DNA of 48,454 nucleotides from a virus: IMG/VR virus record IMGVR_UViG_3300025152_000001; one strand, given 5' to 3'. The position numbers and the translations under genes are program-made. Below are positions 34,507 to 42,540 of this stretch, piece after piece. How positions within the stretch are numbered: the stretch's first letter is position 1; each line of letters starts with the position of its first letter. The notes under the pieces were generated by a model. That model did no database searches. It worked only from the letters and a program-made list of their open reading frames with translations, and had not been told where the DNA came from.

Positions 34507-35325
34507 TTAAAGGTCGGGATGTTTGACGCTAGTCTTAGTCCCTTTAATCTCTGCCTTCTCCATAAATGCCTTATATGCTTCCTTGGTTAAACCAATTTTG
34601 TCCATAAAAGCCATTTCTTCTTTGGAGAGGCTTATTTCTTTCCCCTTCACAGGTACTACATTGGAACCTGCTACATCAGAAGTTGTGGGGATAATTTCCC
34701 TGCGTTTCTTTTCTTCCTCTCTTCCTAAATCCATAGCAACGTTTATCATATCTCCCTTTTTTGCTTCTATAAAGTTAGAGTATACAAGTCTGCGTTCTCT
34801 GGGTGTAAGAACCTTATTGAATCCAATCTGTGAGGCGTAGGTATCTAAAGCATAAGCCATTTCACCGTAGGAACCGTACATCTTTTGCAGAACAGGGTTG
34901 GACTCATAATCCGACCTAAGAGAAGATTCCATATTCTGGGCTTCAATGTTATTTAACTGTTGTTCTACAGCAGACATTCTAGGGTTCACTCTTTTATCAA
35001 TGACCCCGTTAGGATTGGTGAATATCTCATCAGTGTCGCCACCGCCCTGTTGTACAGGTGCGGGTGCCGAAAACCGTGATTCCAAATCTCTAACTTTCCT
35101 TTCCAGTTCTTCTCTCTTCTGCCTTTCTACATTCCTCTGTCCTATCACCTCATTGAGTCTTGAGGTGGGTACATTTCCCCGTTCAGCATCTTGGCTACTC
35201 CCTTTATCGTCTGGAGAAGACGTGCCTTTTGCTGGTTCGGTGGTTCCCTTGTTATCAGTTGTCGAAGCTGATTCGCTACCGGGTTTCTCTGTAGCATCTG
35301 TTTTTACGACTGGGATATTCTCCAT
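34507..35325 (-). CDS. scaffolding protein candidate (272 aa)
   Basis: Highly charged, helix-prone, low-complexity N-terminus. Located between the portal and capsid genes. Confidence 0.55.
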   Translation of the reverse strand: MENIPVVKTDATEKPGSESASTTDNKGTTEPAKGTSSPDDKGSSQDAERGNVPTSRLNEVIGQRNVERQKREELERKVRDLESRFSAPAPVQQGGGDTDEIFTNPNGVIDKRVNPRMSAVEQQLNNIEAQNMESSLRSDYESNPVLQKMYGSYGEMAYALDTYASQIGFNKVLTPRERRLVYSNFIEAKKGDMINVAMDLGREEEKKRREIIPTTSDVAGSNVVPVKGKEISLSKEEMAFMDKIGLTKEAYKAFMEKAEIKGTKTSVKHPDL

Positions 35326-35415
35326 ATTACCTCCACAGTTTTACGCCCTGTTAGGCTATCATTACAATAACAATAGTACAGTTGTTCTATGAAAATTATG
35401 TCAAAGAACCCTACA

Positions 35416-35691
35416 CTATTGTTTATTTTCTTCTTCTAGTTTCTTTAGTATTTCTTCTGGCATTTCTAATACCTGTTCTAATGTTCTTATCTGTGTTGCC
35501 AATTCTACACTCTTTATAGTGAAAGCTATTGGGTCTTTAGTGTTCTCTATATTTCTAGGAAGAGCCGCTAACTTGCCTTTATAGTTAAGAAGCTCCTCTA
35601 TAATAGACCGTTCAATAACCTTCCAGCCTTCGCTATCGTGAAACTGTAAATATATTTCAGACATTGACCACCGCCTGTATTTCTGATTCAT
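35416..35691 (-). CDS. hypothetical protein (91 aa)
   Basis: ORF coupled to the upstream GroES-like gene. Confidence 0.5.
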   Translation of the reverse strand: MNQKYRRWSMSEIYLQFHDSEGWKVIERSIIEELLNYKGKLAALPRNIENTKDPIAFTIKSVELATQIRTLEQVLEMPEEILKKLEEENKQ

Positions 35692-35914
35692 CTATTACTA
35701 AGTACTCAACGTTATCCTTCTTTAACTTCCTACCAGAATAACCACTTATCACTATCTTACTTCCTTTCTCTACGGATTTAACACTCTCTCCGCATTTCAT
35801 CACTTCTGCTATCTTTGTTTCGGTTCTTCTCTTTCTGGTTTTCAACAAAACTATCTTACTGTCCTTGGGGCATACCTTGACCAGAACCTTGCTGCATAGC
35901 GGGATTATTTCCAC
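35657..35914 (-). CDS. GroES/Cpn10-like co-chaperonin (85 aa, GTG start)
   Basis: GTG at 35914 follows AAGGAGAACAAG. (M)EIIPLCSKVLVKV..KIVLL..IAEVMKCGE..VEKGSKIVISGYSG..DNVEYLVIDESEIQAVV aligns by eye with E. coli GroES MNIRPLHDRVIVK..GIVL..GEVLAVGNG..VKVGDIVIFNDGYG..DNEEVLIMSESDILAIV. Confidence 0.6.
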   Translation of the reverse strand: MEIIPLCSKVLVKVCPKDSKIVLLKTRKRRTETKIAEVMKCGESVKSVEKGSKIVISGYSGRKLKKDNVEYLVIDESEIQAVVNV

Positions 35915-37883
35915 CTTGTTCTCCTTGCCCAGCCATAGCAAGTTGCTGTTCACCGGGACTTAGTTTTGACTGTTGCATAATTTGTGTTGCGGCAGACTTA
36001 AGTTCGCCCTCTATTTTCGCCATTACTGTCTGCTCTAGCGACTGCAATAATTCTTCGTGATTAGGAACCAATCTTTCCATTTGAGATTTATCATACTTCC
36101 TGAACAACTGTCTTGTGTTCTCTATTAGGGTTCTAAGCTGTGCAGGTGCAAACTGTGCCAACACACTAGGCGGTTGAGAGAATATCGGACTCTTTAACAA
36201 CATATCATAAAGGAATAACTCATCCTGTTTTTCCGCATCCTTTGAACCAGCCATAGATAATCCATTCAACACATATTGGAACTTTCCATTTTGTAGAACA
36301 TCTCTATCTAATTTCTTGATAACATAAGAATTGGTCTTATAGTCCCAAATACGATAATCCAGTTCCTTATCCCCGTGCTGTGCAAAGCCAGACACTATCA
36401 TCTTGGCTCTTTTCTCCATCATAGAATTAAATCTATAAATGAATATCTTAACCCTCAAAGAACTCTGGGCTATCAACATACTAGTTTTCTTGCCAGAAGC
36501 CCTAGGGTCAGAACTATCGGTGTTCCCACCATAAGCAGGACTTATACCAGCTCTTGTATTCTCAAACCCTATAATCTTATTTAATAGGGGAAGGGAGTTA
36601 TAATCTACGGTTCCCAAATTCAACATAGTTAAATCTGTTTCGTTATCAACATCAACTATCATACCCGGCTTAACATATCCGTTTGATGTCTTTATCTTCG
36701 TTCCCTTAACCCGCTTTAGAACTTTATTAACACACAAATTCCAGTTGTCTAATGTCTGGTTGTTTATCGCCTCTGCCTCATACTGCAAGGGTTTCAATAT
36801 TGTCGTTAAAGACGTACCATACCACTTCCCCGGTACTGGTATCATTGAACCAGATATCGCAGGTCTACCACCGTGGAATGTCTGTAAATGAGAACACCTT
36901 AAAAATGTTCCAGAACTGTATTCAAATACTAAGTATACATCCTTGCGTTCTCCAGTCTTATCTAAATCGTATTTACCGTATAAACAGATAAAAGGAAGTG
37001 CAGAAGGATTATCTCCAGAAAGATTTGCTATTTCATTTACCTGTTCTGTCCCCGCATCTCTACTATCTGTCGGAGAAACCTTATCCAACTCATCTAAATT
37101 CTTGTAATAGTTGGGAGTATAGAAGTTCTTTTCTTTAGCATCTTCCTTGGTTTTCCAGTCCACAAACGCAATAAAAGGAACCTTGTCTACATCATCTACT
37201 GCCCCGACAGGAACTATAACATCTTCCATTGCATAAACAACAGTTTTGGGTTTAACATATTCGTCATATTCTTTTACAAGGTTATATCCAAACGAAGTCT
37301 TGGCTCCAAATGCACCCGCAACTTTATCCGCTACACCTGCAACCGCACCAACAACTCCACCTTTCTTTTCCCATTTAAGTCTGGGCTTATCGCACAATTC
37401 CATTGTCTGCAACATAACACAGGTATCATCGTGAACAAATCTGTGTACTAACTTATCTATAGTTTTAAATTCGTCAGGGTCTAATTCTAACCTAGCATTA
37501 ATAAAGTCCTCAACATCTTCTTCGTGTTGCATTGAATATTCGTCAAGACCGTTTACATTATATATTCCGTTAGGGTTCTGGTATCTATCCATAACATTTT
37601 CAAATACAGTGTCGTTAAGTTCGGCAGCCATTGGCAAGGGGGTATTTGTCGCACCAGCCCAAGGCTCCGACTTAGAAGGTCTTATATTGTTTAGTAAGTC
37701 ATAATTCTCTTGCCACTCTGCTTCCTTGTCTTTCCTATGTTCTTTTGAATCAGATATTTGTTTCCTGAAATATTCAACTATCTCTTTCTGTCTTTCTTTG
37801 CTTAATGTGATGTCCTGTCCGTAAATAAATTTTGTGTCTATCGGACTTTCTGGCTGAACTATTTTCTCTGTTTTCTTTTCCAC
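35856..37883 (-). CDS. portal protein
   Basis: 675 aa. First large gene after terL/HNH, GTG start after GAGGT, Gln/Gly-rich C-terminal tail. The call rests on size and synteny. Confidence 0.7.
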   Translation of the reverse strand: MEKKTEKIVQPESPIDTKFIYGQDITLSKERQKEIVEYFRKQISDSKEHRKDKEAEWQENYDLLNNIRPSKSEPWAGATNTPLPMAAELNDTVFENVMDRYQNPNGIYNVNGLDEYSMQHEEDVEDFINARLELDPDEFKTIDKLVHRFVHDDTCVMLQTMELCDKPRLKWEKKGGVVGAVAGVADKVAGAFGAKTSFGYNLVKEYDEYVKPKTVVYAMEDVIVPVGAVDDVDKVPFIAFVDWKTKEDAKEKNFYTPNYYKNLDELDKVSPTDSRDAGTEQVNEIANLSGDNPSALPFICLYGKYDLDKTGERKDVYLVFEYSSGTFLRCSHLQTFHGGRPAISGSMIPVPGKWYGTSLTTILKPLQYEAEAINNQTLDNWNLCVNKVLKRVKGTKIKTSNGYVKPGMIVDVDNETDLTMLNLGTVDYNSLPLLNKIIGFENTRAGISPAYGGNTDSSDPRASGKKTSMLIAQSSLRVKIFIYRFNSMMEKRAKMIVSGFAQHGDKELDYRIWDYKTNSYVIKKLDRDVLQNGKFQYVLNGLSMAGSKDAEKQDELFLYDMLLKSPIFSQPPSVLAQFAPAQLRTLIENTRQLFRKYDKSQMERLVPNHEELLQSLEQTVMAKIEGELKSAATQIMQQSKLSPGEQQLAMAGQGEQGGNNPAMQQGSGQGMPQGQ

Positions 37884-38006
37884 TTAATACCTCGCCATTG
37901 TCATTTTTCTCTTCATAGATAACATAGGGTTTGTACGACCCTTTCTCTTGGTGTATGATTTTATTTTCTGTCTTCTACGCATCAGACTAGACTTTGTTTT
38001 TTTCAT
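37884..38006 (-). CDS. possible highly basic 40-aa peptide
   Basis: ATG 38006 after AGAGGT. The product MKKTKSSLMRRRQKIKSYTKRKGRTNPMLSMKRKMTMARY has 17 K/R in 40 aa, and its stop abuts the portal GTG. Confidence 0.3.
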   Translation of the reverse strand: MKKTKSSLMRRRQKIKSYTKRKGRTNPMLSMKRKMTMARY

Positions 38007-38754
38007 TTTTACCTCTTGACTTTTTTGGTATTTTATCGTGACATTTCTTACACAGTGTAATACCATTTGAAATATCCCACAAGGGGGAATATGTTATTGC
38101 CGCCTCAAACCTATCCAATAATGGCATATATCTAAACGCTTCTTCTTTTAGTATCTGAAACGCAACTTTATGGTGAGCCTCTAGGTCTCGTCTGCTAAAG
38201 GAATTGCAGTGTTGACAGGTAAAACTATCTCTTATGAATACCGACTGTCTCCACTCTTTATACTTCGTGCTATCTCTTATTAGTTTATTGATTGGCGTAA
38301 CCCCGCCACGCCACATAGGGTTTCCAGAACCACGTTGTTTCATACCTAGTTTTTTTAAATGTTTCCTTTGCATTTCAAGTCTCTCTGGTGTAAATTTTTT
38401 ATGACTCATGCAACTATTTGGTACACACTTAACAGAACAATACCTTCCCAGTCCTTTTTTTATTAAAGATGGTACAACTATTCTTTCTTTTCCACAAGTC
38501 TGACACTTTTTTACAACACCAGTGATTCTACTTTTATTTCTACAGTCAATTGAACAATATTTACTATGTCCTTTTTTTATTCTATATGGTATTGTTATTA
38601 TTTCTTTACCACAAAACAAACATTGTCTTGTTATTTTTCTAGTCTTGCTCTTTCCCCAGCATGCACTTGAGCAATATTTAGACCCTTCTTTTCTGTTGCT
38701 GGATGGCTTTGTATTGAAAATCTTGCCACATATTGGACAAGTCTTGCTTATCAC
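37987..38754 (-). CDS. HNH endonuclease with three N-terminal zinc-ribbon repeats
   Basis: 255 aa. Three repeats of CxxCGK-x(15-17)-(K/R)YCSxxC, then CQHCNS..LEAHHKV...NGITLCKKCHDKI (H-N-H). GTG start with a weak SD. Confidence 0.8.
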   Translation of the reverse strand: MISKTCPICGKIFNTKPSSNRKEGSKYCSSACWGKSKTRKITRQCLFCGKEIITIPYRIKKGHSKYCSIDCRNKSRITGVVKKCQTCGKERIVVPSLIKKGLGRYCSVKCVPNSCMSHKKFTPERLEMQRKHLKKLGMKQRGSGNPMWRGGVTPINKLIRDSTKYKEWRQSVFIRDSFTCQHCNSFSRRDLEAHHKVAFQILKEEAFRYMPLLDRFEAAITYSPLWDISNGITLCKKCHDKIPKKSRGKNEKNKV

Positions 38755-38800
38755 AATATACTGGCAATAAACAGCATCAGACTGTTTCTTTTGGCTTTCA

Positions 38801-38923
38801 TTATTTAACCCTCTCTAGTTTTCTACCAGAACATAGTTTAATACCTTTCTGTTTAGGTTTAGGGGTGTAATTGTAACACTCTTTTATTTTACATTCCCCA
38901 CTACCGTTACAAATAAGTTTCAT
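38801..38923 (-). CDS. possible small Cys-rich protein (40 aa)
   Basis: Not in the ORF track. ATG 38923 follows the terL stop and GGAG. Product MKLICNGSGECKIKECYNYTPKPKQKGIKLCSGRKLERVK. Confidence 0.3.
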   Translation of the reverse strand: MKLICNGSGECKIKECYNYTPKPKQKGIKLCSGRKLERVK

Positions 38924-38932
38924 AAAATCTCC

Positions 38933-40426
38933 CTAGTACAAACCAAATTTTCCGCTTCTATATGGAGTATCTCCTGAAATAAATTCTGGGATATGTTCAA
39001 CCTTTTGTCGCATTAAATATCTCCAAGCATCCATAAAATGGTCACGTTTCTTCTTTTGCTTTTGTCTTGGGTCAATATCTCTTTTGTTTGAACTGTCGTC
39101 CCAGACCGTGTGTTCCACTTGGTATATAAACTCTTTTAAATCATCAAAGACAAAGAACTTGTGAATATCTATTTCTTTTCCAGTTTCTCTGTCTGTTCCG
39201 ACTTCGCCTTTTAGAGCCATAGAACAACAATGATAACCACTTTCTAAATCCTTAATAGCATTTCTTACTGGTATACCTTGGTCTCTAAATAATTGAGCTG
39301 TTGTTTTCCCAGATGTTCTTTCCTGTGCATTTGCCGAAGTATCAATTACCGTGTATAGAATGTTCATTCCTTCGGATAATCGAAGTATAACTTTCGCCGC
39401 TTCCGCTATTGTTGCTGTTGGCTTAGAAACATATTCTTTAACTAAAAAACTGTCATTATCTGGACTTACCGCCAACCACAAACAGTAAATTGATGTAGCT
39501 GGGTGAGGGTCTAAAGCCCGCACAACAGTCCATTTCTCATCTATATATTTCGTATTAGGTTTTACTAAATGTACCTTTCTATTCCACAACGGGTACAACA
39601 CTCCGCTCTTACTTGTGAACTCTCCAAACAATCTTGACCTTTCGTCAGGGGTTCCCTTGAAAGACCGTTCTAAATTCTTAACCACTTCCGCAGAAGAATA
39701 TTCGTTATCGTAAATCGAAGCCGTTATCACTTCCACGTCATCTGCATCTGGGTCTTGGTTCATCCAAGGCTCATACAATCTTTCATACATAAATGACTTA
39801 CCCAAAAGAGGGGTCATAGTAAATATTATGTCTAGTGGTTCGTTAGCGTGTTGCCTTGCTAAACACTCATCATAAATATCTTCTGATGGTTCTTCATCGA
39901 ACGCAATTAATCTTTTTCTAGTGCCTTGGAATTTGATTCTGCCACTGTCAACTGACTTAAATCCTACGGTAGAACCATTCTTCATCTCTAGTATTCGGTC
40001 TGCTTCGTTCCATTTCTTTATTTCGTCTAATGGGAATAATTCCTTAATTTTCTTTTCTGCTACTCCCTTACTAGTGGGATAATCTACTGATACAACCCAA
40101 ACATCACAAGGTATTTTAATATCGTTTCTATAGGGGTGTTTACCACTTACAAAATAGTAAACTTCTGCAGCCATGCTAAAAGTTTTCCCACAGCCGTTCC
40201 CGCCAAAGAAAACCCTTTTACGCTTTTGGCTCTTGTGGAACTGCAACTGCTTCTGGTGCGGGACATAGTAATCTATCTTCCTTGTTGTCTTGTAATCCTC
40301 CAACGTCAGAAGGTCTTGGTATATCTGCTTCAACTCGTCCTTCGACAGTGTTTTTAGGACGTCCATTATTTCTAAGTTCGTTAAATTTAGCAGTGAGGAG
40401 CGAGAATACACGTTCGATAATGTCAT
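38933..40426 (-). CDS. terL: terminase large subunit
   Basis: 497 aa. Walker A FFGGNGCGKTF, Walker B LIAFDEEP, nuclease-domain motifs ALDPHP, IDTSANA and DHFMDAWRYL. Confidence 0.9.
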   Translation of the reverse strand: MTLSNVYSRSSLLNLTNLEIMDVLKTLSKDELKQIYQDLLTLEDYKTTRKIDYYVPHQKQLQFHKSQKRKRVFFGGNGCGKTFSMAAEVYYFVSGKHPYRNDIKIPCDVWVVSVDYPTSKGVAEKKIKELFPLDEIKKWNEADRILEMKNGSTVGFKSVDSGRIKFQGTRKRLIAFDEEPSEDIYDECLARQHANEPLDIIFTMTPLLGKSFMYERLYEPWMNQDPDADDVEVITASIYDNEYSSAEVVKNLERSFKGTPDERSRLFGEFTSKSGVLYPLWNRKVHLVKPNTKYIDEKWTVVRALDPHPATSIYCLWLAVSPDNDSFLVKEYVSKPTATIAEAAKVILRLSEGMNILYTVIDTSANAQERTSGKTTAQLFRDQGIPVRNAIKDLESGYHCCSMALKGEVGTDRETGKEIDIHKFFVFDDLKEFIYQVEHTVWDDSSNKRDIDPRQKQKKKRDHFMDAWRYLMRQKVEHIPEFISGDTPYRSGKFGLY

Positions 40427-40694
40427 TTGCCGAGAGTCCTTCCGATGGGTCTTTGGTCTCTATTTTGTCGGGTATTACGGTTCTTGATACATACAGAGAA
40501 GCATTTTGTCTTATCTTCTCATCTGATGATGTCATATCTTTCTTTAAATTACCAAGAGCGAGTTTGTAGAGTTTCATCATACCCGCTTGGGCTTTATTAC
40601 TTGATTCCTCGTCTACTACTGTCTTGCTCTTCTTTCGTCCGGCTCCTTTTCGGAACCCCCCCTGTTTAACCTCTAATACATTTTCTTCTGCCAC
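40218..40694 (-). CDS. terS: terminase small subunit candidate (158 aa, GTG start)
   Basis: Directly upstream of terL, AGAGGA SD, basic N-terminus GGFRKGAGRKKSK. The last 209 nt overlap terL out of frame. Confidence 0.45.
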   Translation of the reverse strand: MAEENVLEVKQGGFRKGAGRKKSKTVVDEESSNKAQAGMMKLYKLALGNLKKDMTSSDEKIRQNASLYVSRTVIPDKIETKDPSEGLSANDIIERVFSLLTAKFNELRNNGRPKNTVEGRVEADIPRPSDVGGLQDNKEDRLLCPAPEAVAVPQEPKA

Positions 40695-40766
40695 TTTATC
40701 CTCTTTCGAGTGCTAATTTTCGTTGGGGAGTCTCAATCCTATATGGATAGCTCCCCTAGTAGTTAC

Positions 40767-40964
40767 CTAAGTAACTTGCCCGAGAACGCTCGGTAATTTA
40801 TCTTCAAAGATGTTCTTTCCTTCATAATTCATTTCTTCCTGAATATCCACAACACACCTTGCACAAATAACATCTACGGCAGTTGAAGATACCTTAGTGT
40901 CCTTACCACACATATTGCAGGGTATATGCTTATCTTCTTTACTGTCAGGTGTTTTTTCCCTCAT
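40767..40964 (-). CDS. small zinc-ribbon protein (65 aa), predicted leaderless
   Basis: Internal ATG (M20 of ORF 40767..41021) lies 6 nt after a perfect -10 hexamer. CNMCG...CARC motif. Confidence 0.45.
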   Translation of the reverse strand: MREKTPDSKEDKHIPCNMCGKDTKVSSTAVDVICARCVVDIQEEMNYEGKNIFEDKLPSVLGQVT

Positions 40965-40970
40965 ATATAT

Positions 40971-40999
40971 ATTATACACATTTTTTCGCACTTTGTCAA
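40971..40999 (-). promoter_or_regulatory. perfect consensus sigma70/sigmaA promoter for the minus (structural) arm
   Basis: Minus strand TTGACA (40999-40994), N17, TATAAT (40976-40971). The ATG at 40964 sits at the predicted +1. Confidence 0.7.
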
Positions 41000-41104
41000 T
41001 AGATAACAGAACGGTTTTCAAAACGGCTCTGTTGAGCTTATTCTATCAGTGTTTTGTTTTTGTGTTTTTCGTGATTTTGGGTGGAACGCCTATAAGCAGA
41101 AAAA

Positions 41105-41825
41105 TTATCCACAGTCTAATCCACAGATTTTATGTGGTATTATTTTCGATAGTTCCCTATTATGGAATTACCGCAAATTTTACTACAGGAAAAATGGTTG
41201 AAATTTATCTATATATAGAAGCTGTATTAAATAATGCACACGATATACCACTGATACATAATGAGTTAAGCCTGAAATGACCTAAAAAGTGTTGCCACAA
41301 TCGATTCTGGCGAGTTAAAAACGTGTTATAGTACTCTGATACCAAAACTTAAAAAAAACCCACTAGAACGAAACGTGGTGCGATTTAGAGGCATTGTGGT
41401 TGCTGGTCACGACCATCATTTTCACTTAACCAGATAAATCTCATATTTATTGTTTTCCTGTTTTTCAGAAATCCTTTAAAAAGGGGAAAGGAAGGGAGTA
41501 AGGAAAAAGGGGACTATAGGGGATAAAGGTTAAAAGAGGGTTGGTATGGGGTTAAAGTTCTTAAAAGCTTTTATATTAAAAGCACTTTATAAATATAACT
41601 ACTACTTTCTAAGGTAACAAGCCCGAATTTGACAGGAAAACTGGTAGAGAAACTGAACCGCAATCCACAACCTAATCCACAGATTTAGAAATATTATGTT
41701 AACTAAAATTGCTTATGTTTATTGATAACTGGTTTTCCATAATAGTCAACCTGTGGATAACTATTGTCAAATTCATTAAACACATTATAACATAAGACGA
41801 TTTAAAATCTATAAATTGTGGATAA
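41105..41825. promoter_or_regulatory. DnaA-box cluster (candidate replication origin / DnaA-regulated control region)
   Basis: Perfect TTATCCACA at 41105-41113. Perfect TGTGGATAA at 41752-41760 and 41817-41825. One-mismatch TAATCCACA at 41117-41125 and 41673-41681. CAATCCACA at 41661-41669. Confidence 0.6.
41478..41556 (+). repeat. purine-only-like G-run tract
   Basis: aaaaaggggaaaggaagggagtaaggaaaaaggggactataggggataaaggttaaaagagggttggtatgggg is almost pyrimidine-free and has six runs of GGG or GGGG. Confidence 0.7.
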
Positions 41826-42421
41826 TTATATCCCCGTTTTCTTACTGTGCAAAACATCCCTGACCTGTAAGGACTTACATAATAAACTTAACACTTCCAC
41901 CAAATGGTACCGTTTTCCTGCAGCTTCGGACAAACCCTCGGACACTAAGTAATCATAATTTCGCTACCCTTCTATACCAACTATCTTACACTTTCTTTGA
42001 TAATTACCCCATTTTTGATAACTTGATTATAAAATCAAATTTTACAGCCAGTTATTAATAAAAGCCCTTATCCTATCAGCACTTATCGGACAATTTGGAA
42101 TCAGCTGTGGGGGTGGGGAGTCATATTACACTCTCGGGTGGCATTGGGCTTCTCGGACAAGTGCAATAGCATAGTAGCACATAGCATAAGAATTGTATAC
42201 ATAAGCTATACGTTATAATGCTTTTGCTTATACCCTTGTTTGTTTATTGCTGGATATACCCGGGTAGTAAGTGTTGTGTCGCACGCTAGTACAAACAGCA
42301 TAATATGCCTGATACATAAGCACTTAGCAAAAACAGTATATTGCATTATTGCCTGTTATTGATGGTATTGGTATATATAAAACGGCTTTAACACCTACTA
42401 ACTGCACCTATACATACATCA

Positions 42422-42540
42422 TTGCTTTGTTGCTTTGTTCTTTTTTGTTCTTATATTGTAATATATACTTACTTTATATGCTTTATTATAAACTACTTCA
42501 GTTATTAGATAGTTTCATTTGAAACCTTTTACTTTCTGTA
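42422..42540. promoter_or_regulatory. very AT-rich tract with tandem TTGCTTTG units (DNA-unwinding-element candidate)
   Basis: ttgctttg ttgctttg ttctttttt gttctt, followed by about 100 nt of roughly four-fifths A+T, inside the non-coding region. Confidence 0.35.

Noticed and set aside
35326-35415. Minus-strand promoter upstream of the scaffold gene (TTGACA at 35403-35398)
   Set aside because: The best -10 candidate is TGTACT at an 18-nt spacing (4 of 6 matches). This is far weaker than the six consensus sites, so it is not reported as a feature.
40897-41280. 127-aa plus-strand ORF spanning the start of the non-coding region
   Set aside because: It has no SD. Its first part is antisense to the zinc-ribbon gene and promoter, and its Phe/Leu/Ile-rich composition is typical of AT-rich non-coding DNA.
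41340-41360. Minus-strand intrinsic terminator at the A8 run (T8 on the minus strand)
   Set aside because: The preceding stem is only 4 bp (ccac/gtgg) with an 11-nt loop, which is too weak to support.
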